64,000 bases of DNA, from assembly GCA_965218865.1 (NCBI GenBank), contig CBDCME010000078.1, forward strand, positions 22,570 to 86,569, written 5' to 3'. The notes below the pieces were generated by a model. That model saw only the letters and a list, made by a program, of their open reading frames with translations. It had not been told where the DNA came from and did no database searches. A program made the position numbers and the translations under genes. The stretch is from Alphaproteobacteria bacterium (GTDB taxonomy: Bacteria; Pseudomonadota; Alphaproteobacteria; JAAXGF01). Shown here piece by piece: positions 10,201 through 20,642 of this stretch. Numbering within the stretch: position 1 is the stretch's first letter; every line of letters starts with the position of its first letter.

Positions 10201-11745
10201 CCTGGGATCTTCACCGCGGACAGGCGCAGCGCATTGCTGACGACAGAAAGCGAACTTAGACTCATTGCCGCCGCCGCAATGATCGGGCTGAGCAGGATGC
10301 CGAAGAACGGGTAAAGGATCCCCGCCGCGACTGGGACGCCCAACATATTGTAAACAAAGGCGAGGAATAAATTTTGCTTTATGTTCCGCATCACCGCCTC
10401 GCTCAGGCGGCGCGCACGAAGAATTCGGGAGAGGTCACCCTTCAACAACGTCACGCCCGCACTTTCAATTGCTACGTCCGTGCCCGTGCCCATGGCGATA
10501 CCGACATCAGCCTCGGCGAGCGCCGGTGCGTCGTTGATCCCGTCGCCGACCATGGCAACAATACATCCATCCTGGCGCAGGCGGCGCACGACCTTGCCCT
10601 TGTCTTCGGGCAGGATCTCCGCCTCGACCTCTTCGATGCCAAGCTTTTCGGCGACAGCTCCGGCAGTTCGGCGATTGTCACCAGTGAGCATGACAATACG
10701 CACTCTTTCGCCGCGAAGCGCCTTGAGCACCTTCGGCGTCGTCTCCTTGATCGGATCAGCGATGGCGATAAGCCCAGCCACGGCGGCGTCAGCGACGACA
10801 AACACAACAGTCGCCCCTTCGCCGCCTAGCCTATCGGCCTCTGCCGCGAGAAATCCTCTGTCCACGCCGAGGCTCGCGAGCAGCGCGGCGTTGCCAATCG
10901 CCAGGACCTTGCCGCCAACGATGCCTTTGACGCCCTTTCCCGTCATCGTCTCGAAATCCTCGATATCGGGCAGAGATAGCTCCCGCTTCTTTGCTACCGC
11001 GACAATCGCCGCCGCCAAGGGGTGCTCGCTACTCCGCTCCAGGCTTGCGGCAAGGCACAGCAGCGCCTGCTCGTCCCAACCATCTGCCGTGACGACCGTC
11101 GTCACTCTTGGCTTGCCCTCCGTGAGCGTGCCGGTCTTGTCGACCACGAGGGTATCCACCTTGGCGAAGCGCTCCAGAGCCTCAGCATTCTTAATCAGCA
11201 CGCCGGCTTGCGCCCCGCGGCCGACGCCAACCATGATCGACATGGGTGTGGCCAAGCCGAGCGCGCAGGGACAGGCGATGATGAGGACAGATACGGCGGC
11301 GATGAGGGCGTAGCCCATCGCGGGCTCTGGACCCCAGAACGACCACACGATGAATGCCACGATCGCAACTGCGATCACGGCCGGGACGAACCAGCCGGCC
11401 ACGACATCGGCGAGCCGCTGAATTGGCGCGCGAGAGCGCTGCGCCTCGGCGACCAGCTGAACGATTTGCGCTAGCATGGTTTCGCGACCGACTTTCTCAG
11501 CTTGCATCACGAAGCTACCCGTCTGATTCAGGGTGGCCCCGATGACCGTGTCTCCTACGACCTTAACGACTGGCATTGACTCGCCCGTGACCATCGATTC
11601 ATCGACGGTACTTCGGCCTGCCAAAATCTCGCCATCGACCGGCACCTTTTCGCCTGGACGTACTCGCAGGCGGTCGACTGTCCGCACCTCGTCGAGCGAG
11701 ACTTCCTCATCCTCGTTGTCGTCTCTTAATCGCCGGGCCGTCTTA
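10197..11745 (-). pseudogene. copA: copper-translocating P1B-type ATPase, C-terminal part
   Basis: Contains TGES, CPC ([13 protein letters not shown]), DKTGTLT and GDGINDAP motifs. Upstream codons [20 protein letters not shown] run into IS630a copy B. Confidence 0.9.
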
Positions 11746-12907
11746 TACCAACCGCCCTAGAGTTTGACTCGCGCAAAGGTTTACACGCTAGGTTTTTGTG
11801 ATTCAAGGTTGTTGGCAACAAGGGAGTGTGTTCAATGCCAACGATTCCTTTGCGAAACGACTTTGATGCTGAAAGAGTCCGTGTTCTTGCGGCACGGAGC
11901 GATGATGGGAACCAGGCGCGCCGGCTTTTGTCGATGGCGGCCATCTACGATGGGATGGATCGAGCGTGCGCGGCGGGTATTGGCGGCATGGATCGGCAGA
12001 CGTTGCGGGACTGGGTTCACCGGTTCAACGCGGGAGGTCCGGCCGGTCTGATCGACCGCAAGCCGAACGGGGCGTTGCGTCGGTTGACGCCGTCGCAAAT
12101 GGCGGCGCTTTCGCGGGCTATCGAGGCCGGTCCCGATCCCGAACGGGATGGGGTCGTGCGCTGGCGCTGCATCGATCTCAAGCAACTGATCCGAACGCGC
12201 TTCGGCGTGGACTATCACGAGCGGAGCGTCGGCAAGCTGCTGGCCGCGCTCGGGTTCTCGCATATTTCCGCGCGCCCGCGCCACGTCGGCCAGGATGCGC
12301 GGGCACAGGAGGAATTTAAAAAAAGTTTTCCCGAACACTTGGCGAAAATCGTAGCGGCACAGCCACCGGACACGCCCATCGAGGTTTGGTTTCAAGATGA
12401 AATGCGCGTCGGCCAGAAGAACAGCCTGGTGCGCCAGTGGGCCCCAAAGGGATCGCGCCCGCGCCAGGTCAAGGACCTACGGACCTCTTCGGCGTATCTC
12501 TTCGGCGCCATCTGCCCCGAGCGCGGTGAGGGCGCGGCGCTGGTCATGCCGCGCGCCAATACTGAAGCCATGGACCTGCATCTCGAGGAAATCAGCCGGG
12601 CCGTTGCCCCAAACGCCCATGCCGTCGTGCTGCTCGACCAAGCCGCATGGCACACCACTGCCAAACTCGGCATCCCGGAGAACATCTCCCTCGTGCCTTT
12701 GCCACCCAAGTCCCCGGAGCTCAATCCCGCCGAAAATGTCTGGCAATACCTCCGCCAGAACTGGCTCTCCAATCGTGTCTTCGACTCCTATGAAGCCATC
12801 GTCGAGGCCTCTTGCCAAGCCTGGAACAACCTGACCGACCTTGGAAGATCATGTCCATCGGCCTCAGAGCGTGGGCTCGCACAAGGCAATGTTAAGGGCG
12901 GTTGGTA
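11746..12907 (+). mobile_element. IS630-family element type a, copy B (1162 bp)
   Basis: Same TIRs as copy A, flanked by TTA at 11743-11745 and 12908-12910. Splits copA. Confidence 0.9.
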
Positions 12908-12911
12908 TTAG
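11835..12911 (+). pseudogene. IS630-family transposase (A7 fused form, aberrant C-terminus)
   Basis: A-run 12318-12324 is A7, giving a single ORF (...EEFKKSFPEHL...). A 4-nt deletion near 12840 (one GACC/AACC unit) replaces the last ~20 aa, and the ORF reads past the TIR. Confidence 0.75.
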
Positions 12912-13698
12912 GCGCCAAGTCAAGGAGCGCTCGAATGGCGCCTCCCGTTCGCTCGCGCGCACGGAGTTCTAGGAGTTGGCCGAGCAGAACTAGAACCGTG
13001 ATGACCGCCGCCGCTTCGAAATAGACTGCGACTTCCCCACCGCTGCCACGGAATGCGTCAGGGAACATTTCTGGCGCAGCAGTCGCCACGAGACTGTAGA
13101 GATACGCTACGCCCACCCCGATCGCGATCAGCGTGAACATGTTGAGGTTGCGAGTGACCACCGACATCCAACCGCGTTCGAAAAATGACCACCCAGCCCA
13201 CAGTACGACGGGGGTGGCCAAGCCCAACTGGATCCAATTGGATAGACTGGGCGGCAGAAATTCTTGGATCGATAATCCAGGAATGTGCGCGCTCATCTCC
13301 AGGACCAACACCGGGATCGAAAGGACAAGCCCGACCCAGAATCGTCGCGTCATGTAGGTAAGTTCAGGGTTCGGTCCGGAATCCGGAGCAATGGTTTCCG
13401 GTTCGAGAGCCATACCGCATTTCGGGCATGGCCCCGGCCCCTCCTGACGGATATCGGCGTGCATCGGACACGTGTAGATATTGGCCACTATCTTTGTTTG
13501 CTCGTCAGATCGATCAGGTGGCTCAATATATCGATCAGGGTTCGCTTTGAATTGGTCGAGACAGTGGGTGCCACAGAAGAGGTAATCCACGCCGTGGTAG
13601 GTCTGCCGATGCGGTGTATTCGCGAGGTCGACAGCCAACCCGCAAACTAGATCGGTAAGGGAAAATTCGGCTGCGGTTGTCACGTTGGCGCGCGCCAT
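12908..13698 (-). pseudogene. copA: copper-translocating P1B-type ATPase, N-terminal part
   Basis: YHS/TRASH-like domain (YLFCGTHCLDQF) and a YTCPMH...CPKCGM metal-binding motif. Ends ...RALLDLAP at the IS junction and joins in frame to KTARR... at 11745. Confidence 0.9.
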
Positions 13699-13700
13699 CG

Positions 13701-13931
13701 TTAGAACAGGCTCCTTATCTTTTCCCAGACGCTGTTGTCGGCAGGCTTGCTCGGTGCATGAGCGTTGTTGATCAGCCCGTTCACGTAGAGGACCATGTTT
13801 ACGGAATCGAACCGGATACCGTGAAAGTTCGCAGCCCAGCGGGCATCGCGGTCAATCACGTGCGTGCCTGAGCGAAGGGCTGGTGCTAGCCGACCCGCCG
13901 ACCTAGCAACAGACGGCGTGCCAGCTAACAT
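13701..13931 (-). CDS. hypothetical small protein
   Basis: 76-aa ORF whose TAA sits 3 nt before the copA ATG and overlaps its AAGGAG ribosome-binding site. No recognisable motif; the start is uncertain. Confidence 0.3.
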   Translation of the reverse strand: MLAGTPSVARSAGRLAPALRSGTHVIDRDARWAANFHGIRFDSVNMVLYVNGLINNAHAPSKPADNSVWEKIRSLF

Positions 13932-13932
13932 C

Positions 13933-14241
13933 TCAGCTCTTCTCCTCGAGTGCCAAGGGTGCTTCTTTCTGCCACTGCTCGTTGGGCTTTTCTGAGCCGT
14001 GGTTGCCCATCATCCGTTGCATCATCTGGTTGCAGTTCTCCATCATCGTGTTCATCTGCCCCATCATGTTCATCATCCCCGTCATATTGCCGCCCCCCAT
14101 CATCCCGCCCTGGCCCATCATGCCGCGCCCCATCATCAAGCCGCCCGATCCCTCAGAATCGTGGGCGAAGAGCGTGGGCGCGGCCGCCAGGCCTGCAACT
14201 AGCGTGGAAGTGACAGCAAGGGTTGTCATTGATTTACGCAT
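13933..14241 (-). CDS. secreted methionine-rich protein (putative periplasmic Cu(I) binder)
   Basis: Signal peptide MRKSMTTLAVTSTLVAGLAAAPTLFA, then MMGRGMMGQGGMMGGGNMTGMMNMMGQMNTMMENCNQMMQRMMGNHG. Confidence 0.7.
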   Translation of the reverse strand: MRKSMTTLAVTSTLVAGLAAAPTLFAHDSEGSGGLMMGRGMMGQGGMMGGGNMTGMMNMMGQMNTMMENCNQMMQRMMGNHGSEKPNEQWQKEAPLALEEKS

Positions 14242-14674
14242 CGGTCGTACTCTTTTGGTTGAGAGGTTGAGGTTCCGGAATGGTAGAAGGACCAGTGGCG
14301 GCGGTCGGGAATTGGCCGGCGCCAGGTGTCGCCGAAATTTCTAGCGGGGCCGCCTGAACGGTGTGTGTTGGGTCGCCAGTCTCTGTTTCCGCCGGTTCTC
14401 GGGCGCTCGTTTCCGTCGAGCACGATTTTCTACTCCCCCGGTTCATGCAGCAGAGACCGAACACGCACATGGCGACACAGGGCAATGCGCTGATGAGGAT
14501 CGGCGCGATACCGGCAGCGACCAGCCAACTCCAGTTGAGCGCGAGGCCGGCCGCGAGCGCGGCGCCCGCGAAGATGAGCAGGCCCCGACGGCCGCCGAGG
14601 TAGTACCGCGCCACATGGAGAATATCCTGCGTTAAAGATGTCTTGGGCGTTTCAGCGGCTTGAGGTGAGGTCAT
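14234..14674 (-). CDS. small membrane protein with LPCVAMC motif
   Basis: 146 aa with two TM helices (LLIFAGAALAAGLAL, IAPILISALPCVAMCVFGLCCM). Paralogous motif in 20643-20864. Confidence 0.6.
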   Translation of the reverse strand: MTSPQAAETPKTSLTQDILHVARYYLGGRRGLLIFAGAALAAGLALNWSWLVAAGIAPILISALPCVAMCVFGLCCMNRGSRKSCSTETSAREPAETETGDPTHTVQAAPLEISATPGAGQFPTAATGPSTIPEPQPLNQKSTTDA

Positions 14675-15387
14675 GACGATGTTCCTTCGTTGGTTGCAGA
14701 AGACGTGGTGACTCCAGTGTTCACAAGATCAATGTCATCCGGTCGGAAAATTCCGGCCGGCTCTATCGCAACGGCACGATTGTTGGCCGCGCGGCTTCCC
14801 CGCCTACTGGTGGCGTTGGACCACAAGGCGCCGGATGTCTGGGACAGGTGTCGCCGGAGGAACGCGACCATCTTCGGCGTATCCCATTCGGCCGGACCGA
14901 CGAGACGACCAATCTCGCGACCTTCTCGGTCGATCAGAAGGGTGGTCGGTAACCCGACTGTGCTCAATTGCAACGCTGCCTTGCCACTGCTGTCGACGTA
15001 CCTGGTTAGATGCACGACGCCGACCTCGGAATAGAACTTCGTGACCACATCGACCCCGGCACGGTCGATCGAGAGCGCCACCACTTCGAAGTCGGTTCCG
15101 CCGAGTTTGGATTGCAACCGGTCGAGCGTCGGCATTTCGCGCCGGCAGGGGCCGCACCACGTGGCCCAAATGTTGAGCAGCACGACTTTGCCCCGAAAGT
15201 CTGCGAGCGATCGCACCTTCCCATCGCCATCCTGGAATTCGATCTCCGGAACAGCCTTGGGCGCATCATGCAACGCGAATTTCTGTAGCGGCTCCTGCGC
15301 CACCGCGAGGGCGGCTGCCGTGCCGAGCCCTAGCCCTGCTACGGCACTAGCAAAACGTCGGATGACAACAGCGGTGAGCGATTTCAT
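14671..15387 (-). CDS. TlpA/ResA-family periplasmic thioredoxin
   Basis: Start taken at MKSLTAVV (signal peptide). WATWCGPC active site and redoxin fold. Confidence 0.8.
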   Translation of the reverse strand: MKSLTAVVIRRFASAVAGLGLGTAAALAVAQEPLQKFALHDAPKAVPEIEFQDGDGKVRSLADFRGKVVLLNIWATWCGPCRREMPTLDRLQSKLGGTDFEVVALSIDRAGVDVVTKFYSEVGVVHLTRYVDSSGKAALQLSTVGLPTTLLIDREGREIGRLVGPAEWDTPKMVAFLRRHLSQTSGALWSNATSRRGSRAANNRAVAIEPAGIFRPDDIDLVNTGVTTSSATNEGTSS

Positions 15388-15964
15388 TGCCGACGCAACC
15401 TTTCGATCATTGGCAGAATCGTCGTCTGCAAGTCTTCGGGCGTGATCGGTCCGATGTGCTTGTAGGCTATGTGCCCATCCTTGCTGATGACATAGGTTTC
15501 TGGTACGCCGTAGACACCCCATTCGATGCCGACTCGACCGTCGATGTCCGCGCCCGTTCGGGCATAGGGATCGCCGAGCCTGTCGAGCCATTCTGCGGCG
15601 TCCTTTGGCCGGTCTTTGTAGTTAAGGCCGTGAAGTGGAACGACACCGTTTGCCCGCATTTGCATCAACAGCGGGTGCTCGTAGCGGCAAGCGGTGCACC
15701 ACGAGGCGAACACATTAACAAGCGACACTTCACCGTTTAGGTCGGTTGTCGAGAGGCCGAGCGTCCGGCCCTGAACCGGTGGCAGAGCAAACTCGGGAAC
15801 CGCCTTGTCGATCAGCGCGGAAGGAATTTCCTGCGGGTTGCGCGTGAGACCCAGCCGAGCGCGACCGCCAGTCCAAGGAATAGAACCACTGGTAACAGGA
15901 AGACAGCTCGCAACCCGACACTCGATCTTTTTGTTGGCGCGGAAGCGGTTGAGGATTCAGTCAT
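15384..15964 (-). pseudogene. CcmG/DsbE-like thiol:disulfide oxidoreductase, frameshifted
   Basis: N-terminal anchor MTESS...LGLAVALGW is in one frame and ...LTRNPQEIPSALIDKAVPEFALPPVQG...FASWCTAC...GVYGVPETY in another. The shift maps to a short G/C run near 15850. Confidence 0.7.
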
Positions 15965-15978
15965 CGTCGTCTCCCCGC

Positions 15979-17405
15979 TCATGTCACGCGAATCACGCCC
16001 ATCATCCCGCCGGCCAGGTGCTCGAGGATGTGGCAGTGGAACATCCAGTCGCCCGGATTGTCGGCCACAAAGCCGATCTCGACCCGCTCGCGCGGGTTCA
16101 TCAGGACGGTGTCTTACCATTCCTGATGCCGGGTCGGCTCGCCGTTCCGGCTGACGACCCGAAACGAGTGGCCGTGCAAGTGAATGGGGTGATGCCACGC
16201 CGTATCGTTATGCATCGCGAGCACGTAGGAGCGGCTGCGGGTCAAGGTCACGAGCGGGTCCATCACGTGCCCCGTCGCCGCGACGCCATTAATCGCCCAG
16301 GCCATGCCGTTATGCTTCATCTCGCGCATGTCGATCCGCCGGCCGCCCATTGTCGCCATCATCAATCCGCCCATCATGCCGCCGCCGAAAGCGACCTCGT
16401 GCCGTTCGGCCGCAACAAGGTCAGGCTCAGGCATGGTGTTGGATGCGAGCGCAACCGGAGTCTCGAGCAGTCGCTCACGCAGCGGATCGGGATCGTAGAC
16501 GAGATCGAGCAGGCGGTATTCGAGACCTTTGTAGAAGGTGTCCACCACGGGGAAGCGCTCGCGTGGCTTTCCGATCATGTCAAGGACTAGGTCCACGCGC
16601 ATCGCGGGACCGAGTATGACCCCGTCATCCAAAGCATCGTGCGGCTCGACAGGCTGGCCGTCGTAGGCGATCACGGTTGGCCGGTGTCCTCGGAACCTGA
16701 ATGCGAAGATCCGGGCGTTCGCGGCATTGATGAGGCGCAATCGGACCCGCTCGCCGCTGCGAACAGCGAACGTCTCTGGGATTCGCCCGTTTACGGTGAC
16801 TGTGTAACCGACGTGGCCGCTGTGGCTCACGTCGTGCATGTTGCCGAAGTCGTCGCTAATCGAGGCGTCCTTCAAGAGGCGCCAGTCGTCGTCGACCCAG
16901 GTGATGTCCCGGTCGACCCGGATCGGTGCGTGCTCTTCCACGATCAATGGACCGTAAAGGCCGCGACCGACTTGTTCGAAGCTGCGCTGATGGGGGTGGT
17001 ACCAGTAGGTGGCCGCATCCGGCGCGGTGAACTCGTAAACGAATGTCTCGCCCGGCGCGATTGGTCTTTGCGTCAGATGCGGCACACCATCCATCGCGTT
17101 CGGGACGCGCAGGCCGGGCCAGTGCACCGTCGTCTCCTCTGCGATCCCGTTTTCGACGGTCACTCGCAAACGCTCACCTTGACGCGCGCGTATCTCGGGA
17201 CCGGGGACGGTTGCATTGTAGGACCAGACAGCAGTGCCCGGATGCGAGCCGCCGACAAGATGGGCACGCCCTCGACGCGCGGCAATGTAATACTCGCGTA
17301 CAGCCGATGCCCAGAGCCGACTGAATAGGCCATCGTTACCGCCAGCGCGCCACCACCTAGAAGCAAGTGCCGGCGCGAGACCTGGAATCCGCGATCGATA
17401 AGCAT
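15979..17405 (-). pseudogene. multicopper oxidase (CopA/PcoA-like), MCO2
   Basis: TAT-type leader MLIDRGFQVSRRHLLLGGGA is in a different frame from the mature domain, with the shift near 17300. HWPG and HPH motifs present. In-frame TAA at 16114-16116 (..RHQEW*DTVLM..) is followed in frame by DWMFHCHILEHLAGGMMG. Confidence 0.8.
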
Positions 17406-17550
17406 CGTATTGGCCCTCAACGATCCCATCGGAAGACGGGACCTGGCGACGGTGAGCCGTCGACCAAAATCCGCTAGCGCCTGCGCTGACGTTCAGTTCG
17501 CAGTGGCGCAACGAAACGCGCGTCAGTCCCTTAAAGGAACCGCCGCCGCG

Positions 17551-17892
17551 TCAGCCCAGATCGTGAGGTTTAGGAGGGTATGGGTCGGGTGAAAACACTT
17601 GTCCGTACGTCGACCGGTAATCTTGCATGGGCAAGTTTGGCGTCTCCGCGGGTATCACGGCAAACGCCAGAGCAAGTAACGCCTATGCGGGCATCGTGCA
17701 GACTAGCAGGCAGGTGCCGCTATCGCTGTCGCTGTCACTCCCGCCACCGCAGTCGTCACACCCGGCCATATCGGACATGATGGCCGTCGCGTCCACCGTG
17801 CAATTGGCTTGGACGTCGGACATACTCGTGCCAAGGGCCAGTAAGAACCCAAGAACCAAGACAATCATCTGTCGAGAAGAACAGAGCTTCAT
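17551..17892 (-). pseudogene. secreted Cys-rich small protein (paralog of 24417-24767) with in-frame TAG
   Basis: MKLCSSRQMIVLVLGFLLALGTSMSDVQA...GCDDCGG...CLLVCTMPA, then TAG at 17683-17685. The frame continues ALLALAFAVIPAE...SPDPYPPKPHDLG. Confidence 0.6.
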
Positions 17893-18023
17893 AACACTAA
17901 TAATATGACAGCTAAGCCACTCAGTGACAAGCGGTTTGAGAAGCGTGGGAGGTTTTGGTACCAGAAGAAATGCCATCTGAAATGCATTGGAAGCGCCTTG
18001 CGAGAAAAAGGATGATAAACGGC

Positions 18024-18395
18024 CTATTCGGCCTCGATCACGATGGTTGTCTCCATGCCTTCGTGACTACTGCAATTGAGTCGGTACTCTCCCGGTTCCA
18101 TCGTCAAAGGTATTACGAACATCGCTGACGTTCCGGCTTCGATTTCCTTATCGATAAAGCGGTGGTCGGGCTCCTCGATGTTTGCAACATGCGCGTGCTC
18201 GTCGGTGTTGCGGAAAATGATGCGGTCGCCTGGGCGGGCGCGAATGGCCCCAGGCGGCAAACGATCATCCTTCAGGATGACGTTGATTGTGCGTGGCGCT
18301 CCCGCCGTGGCATTGACCGCGATTCCGGCTACGCCGGCCGCGAAAACACCGGCGGCTAATGCAACAGAAACTAGCAAATCTCTATCGAATCGCAT
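18024..18395 (-). CDS. cupredoxin-fold (plastocyanin/azurin-like) copper protein
   Basis: Start taken at MRFDRDLLVSVALAAG. C-terminal ligand pattern H...C..H...M (EHAHV ... NCSSHEGME). Confidence 0.7.
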   Translation of the reverse strand: MRFDRDLLVSVALAAGVFAAGVAGIAVNATAGAPRTINVILKDDRLPPGAIRARPGDRIIFRNTDEHAHVANIEEPDHRFIDKEIEAGTSAMFVIPLTMEPGEYRLNCSSHEGMETTIVIEAE

Positions 18396-18471
18396 CGGCT
18401 TCCTCCTGGTACGTCGAAATAACATTCCGCAACAAAGCCGCCCATGCATGTAGGCCGCAATTCATCGCGGC

Positions 18472-19068
18472 TCAATTGCCGTGTTTCATCTCTCCTTCGT
18501 GTTTCATTTCGCCGCCGTGCTTCATCTTGCCGTGGCCCATGCCACCCTTCTTGACCGGTACCGCCACCGTGGCCGAACCCGCGTGTTCGAAACGCACGGT
18601 CACCGGGATGGTTTCACCTTCCATCAGCATGTGGTCCAACTTCATCAGCATGATGTGCGTTCCGCCGGGCGCGAGCGTCACCGATGTTCCCGGCGGCACG
18701 TCGACGCCGTCCACTGGCCGCATGCGCATCACCCCGTCCTTGTGCCCAATTTCGTGGATTGCGGCCTTGCCGGCGGCCACGCTTTCTACGGCCACGATAC
18801 GGTCGGCCTTCTTCCCCTTGTTGGTGACGGTGAGATACGCGGCGGACGGCCGGTTTTCGATGTTCGAAGCGCGCGCCCAAGCGGATTCGATCATGAGCTC
18901 GCCCACCATGGCGCTACCGGGCGCCATTTCGTGCCTTGCCGATTCGGGCCTGTGTTCATAGCCATCGGCGCAACCCGCCGAAAACAGCACAGCGAGACAG
19001 CCGGCAGCGAGATGCGCACTTTGGGCGCGGGCCCAGCAGTTTCCTTCGTACTTTCGCTGAGACATCAA
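18472..19068 (-). CDS. PCu(A)C (DUF461) copper chaperone lipoprotein with His/Met-rich tail
   Basis: Lipobox LFSAGC. ...AAIHEIGHKDGVMRMRPV...GGTHIMLMKL...PVTVRFEHAG. Tail GGMGHGKMKHGGEMKHEGEMKHGN. Confidence 0.8.
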   Translation of the reverse strand: MMSQRKYEGNCWARAQSAHLAAGCLAVLFSAGCADGYEHRPESARHEMAPGSAMVGELMIESAWARASNIENRPSAAYLTVTNKGKKADRIVAVESVAAGKAAIHEIGHKDGVMRMRPVDGVDVPPGTSVTLAPGGTHIMLMKLDHMLMEGETIPVTVRFEHAGSATVAVPVKKGGMGHGKMKHGGEMKHEGEMKHGN

Positions 19069-19208
19069 TCTTCTCCAATCATCGTTGGGTCGTTCGCACC
19101 GCGAACGCGGTCAAAAAGACTTCCACCAACAAAAAAGCCGACTGCCGGCCCTCGCGCCTCAAGGCTTGATCCGACGGCGGCCAAGGTGGTTCGGCGCTGC
19201 AAAGCGCG

Positions 19209-19724
19209 TTAGGAATCATTCCGATAATCACGAAATTGCAAAATTTCGTCAGGGGTCGCGCCGTTTCGATCCGTTCGCACCTCGCCCTCCAGGAACACCG
19301 GCCCCAATTCGAATTGGTCGCCGCTGCGTTGAACCGTGAAATCCGTAGGCACGAATATGACCTTGGACGTGTGGACGTCGCGGCCCCATATCTTTGGCAG
19401 TTCCGCTACTGTCATCAGGGCTTCGCGGGTTGCCTCGGGGGACGCTATCGCGTTCATGTCCGATACCGTCGCCACGATGTTCTTCGGATTGCCCCGGCGC
19501 GCCCAGTAGACGACGCCCGATTTCTTGTGGCGCGCCAAGCGGAAAATGAAATCACCCTTGGCAAAACGGTTGAGATTCCTGCCGTCCACGAGGCCGAAGA
19601 TCTCCAACTCGCCGAGCTCTGAAATGATCTGGGCGGGCGGGGCCAGCGGCTCCGCCATTCCCGGGAGAGACCATATCGTTGAGATCAAGAGGGCCGTGGA
19701 TACGGAGAAAAAGAACCGTTTCAT
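19209..19724 (-). CDS. hypothetical secreted protein
   Basis: Start taken at MKRFFFSVSTALLISTIWSLPGMA (signal peptide). No family recognised. Lies between the SCO1 and PCuAC genes. Confidence 0.55.
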   Translation of the reverse strand: MKRFFFSVSTALLISTIWSLPGMAEPLAPPAQIISELGELEIFGLVDGRNLNRFAKGDFIFRLARHKKSGVVYWARRGNPKNIVATVSDMNAIASPEATREALMTVAELPKIWGRDVHTSKVIFVPTDFTVQRSGDQFELGPVFLEGEVRTDRNGATPDEILQFRDYRNDS

Positions 19725-19768
19725 GGGCTGGCCTCGAACGCCTTCTTGCTGGCGCTTAAAAATTTGCC

Positions 19769-20359
19769 TCAAGACGCTGCGCCGTGCAAAAATTTGCGCA
19801 GCTGGGCGGTCAAGGTTTCCGGGTTGCCGCTGTCTAACAGAACGGTCTCGAAAACGCCGTCCGGCCGCACCAGGTACATGAATGACATATGCTCCATGAG
19901 GTACCCGTCAGGCGCTTCGTCGTCCTCCACTTTCGCGAAATAGGCACCGAAGGAAGTGGCCGCGTCCTTGATCTCCTCGGGTGTCCCGGTCAACCCGATG
20001 ATGCTGGGATGGAAGGCGGCAACGAATTTCGCCATGACTTCCGGCGTGTCGCGCTCGGGATCGACGGTGATGAAGAGGGGCTGCACCATTTGTGCATCGT
20101 CACCCAAGCCTTCCATCATATGGCCCATGGTCATGAGCGACGCCGGACAAATATCCGGGCAAAACGTAAATCCGAAAAATACCAGTACCCATTTCCCCTG
20201 GAAATCCTCGTTGGTAACCCGCTGGCCAGTGTGGTCGGTCAAGGTGAACTTTCCCCCCAACGAGGAATCGGCAGCATCGCCACCGCGCGGGCCACCTGGG
20301 CCAAATAAACATAGCGCCAAGACGGTGACGCCGAGTAAGGGATAGCAAAATCGCCGCAT
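19769..20359 (-). CDS. SCO1/SenC-family copper chaperone
   Basis: 196 aa with a signal or anchor and the CxxxC motif FGFTFCPDICP in a thioredoxin fold. Confidence 0.85.
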   Translation of the reverse strand: MRRFCYPLLGVTVLALCLFGPGGPRGGDAADSSLGGKFTLTDHTGQRVTNEDFQGKWVLVFFGFTFCPDICPASLMTMGHMMEGLGDDAQMVQPLFITVDPERDTPEVMAKFVAAFHPSIIGLTGTPEEIKDAATSFGAYFAKVEDDEAPDGYLMEHMSFMYLVRPDGVFETVLLDSGNPETLTAQLRKFLHGAAS

Positions 20360-20642
20360 TATTTAGCTCCTTTCCTCACGAGTTGCCCCGCCTACCATCC
20401 GATGAGATTTCGCTTCCGCGGAATTCCAGCTCCTGGCGGCGGTCGAAATTGATCTAGAGAGTCTCCCGTTTTGCTTCACCCATCGGGTATGCCATGATCG
20501 AGGCCTCCAATACCGACGCAATGTATTGATTCTTTTACCGGAATCGGCGCCGAAAGTGGGTGAAATTGTGATCTGTCCGGGAAGTCCGAGGTGAGATGGA
20601 GGCTTTGCCCGGCCGTTGTGTTTGGCAACATGCGGCACGGGA

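Noticed and set aside
13990-14160. Repetitive DNA in the Met-rich, His-rich and Asp/His-rich stretches (also 18480-18560, 27300-27480, 31800-32020) as tandem repeats or a CRISPR-like array.
   Set aside because: These are in-frame low-complexity coding segments of metal-binding proteins. There are no regular repeat-spacer units.
6209-17685. In-frame TAG/TAA codons as programmed recoding (pyrrolysine or read-through).
   Set aside because: No Pyl machinery or recoding signals are visible. The same codons terminate ordinary genes in the window, and the affected island shows many other inactivating lesions. Nonsense mutations are the simpler explanation.
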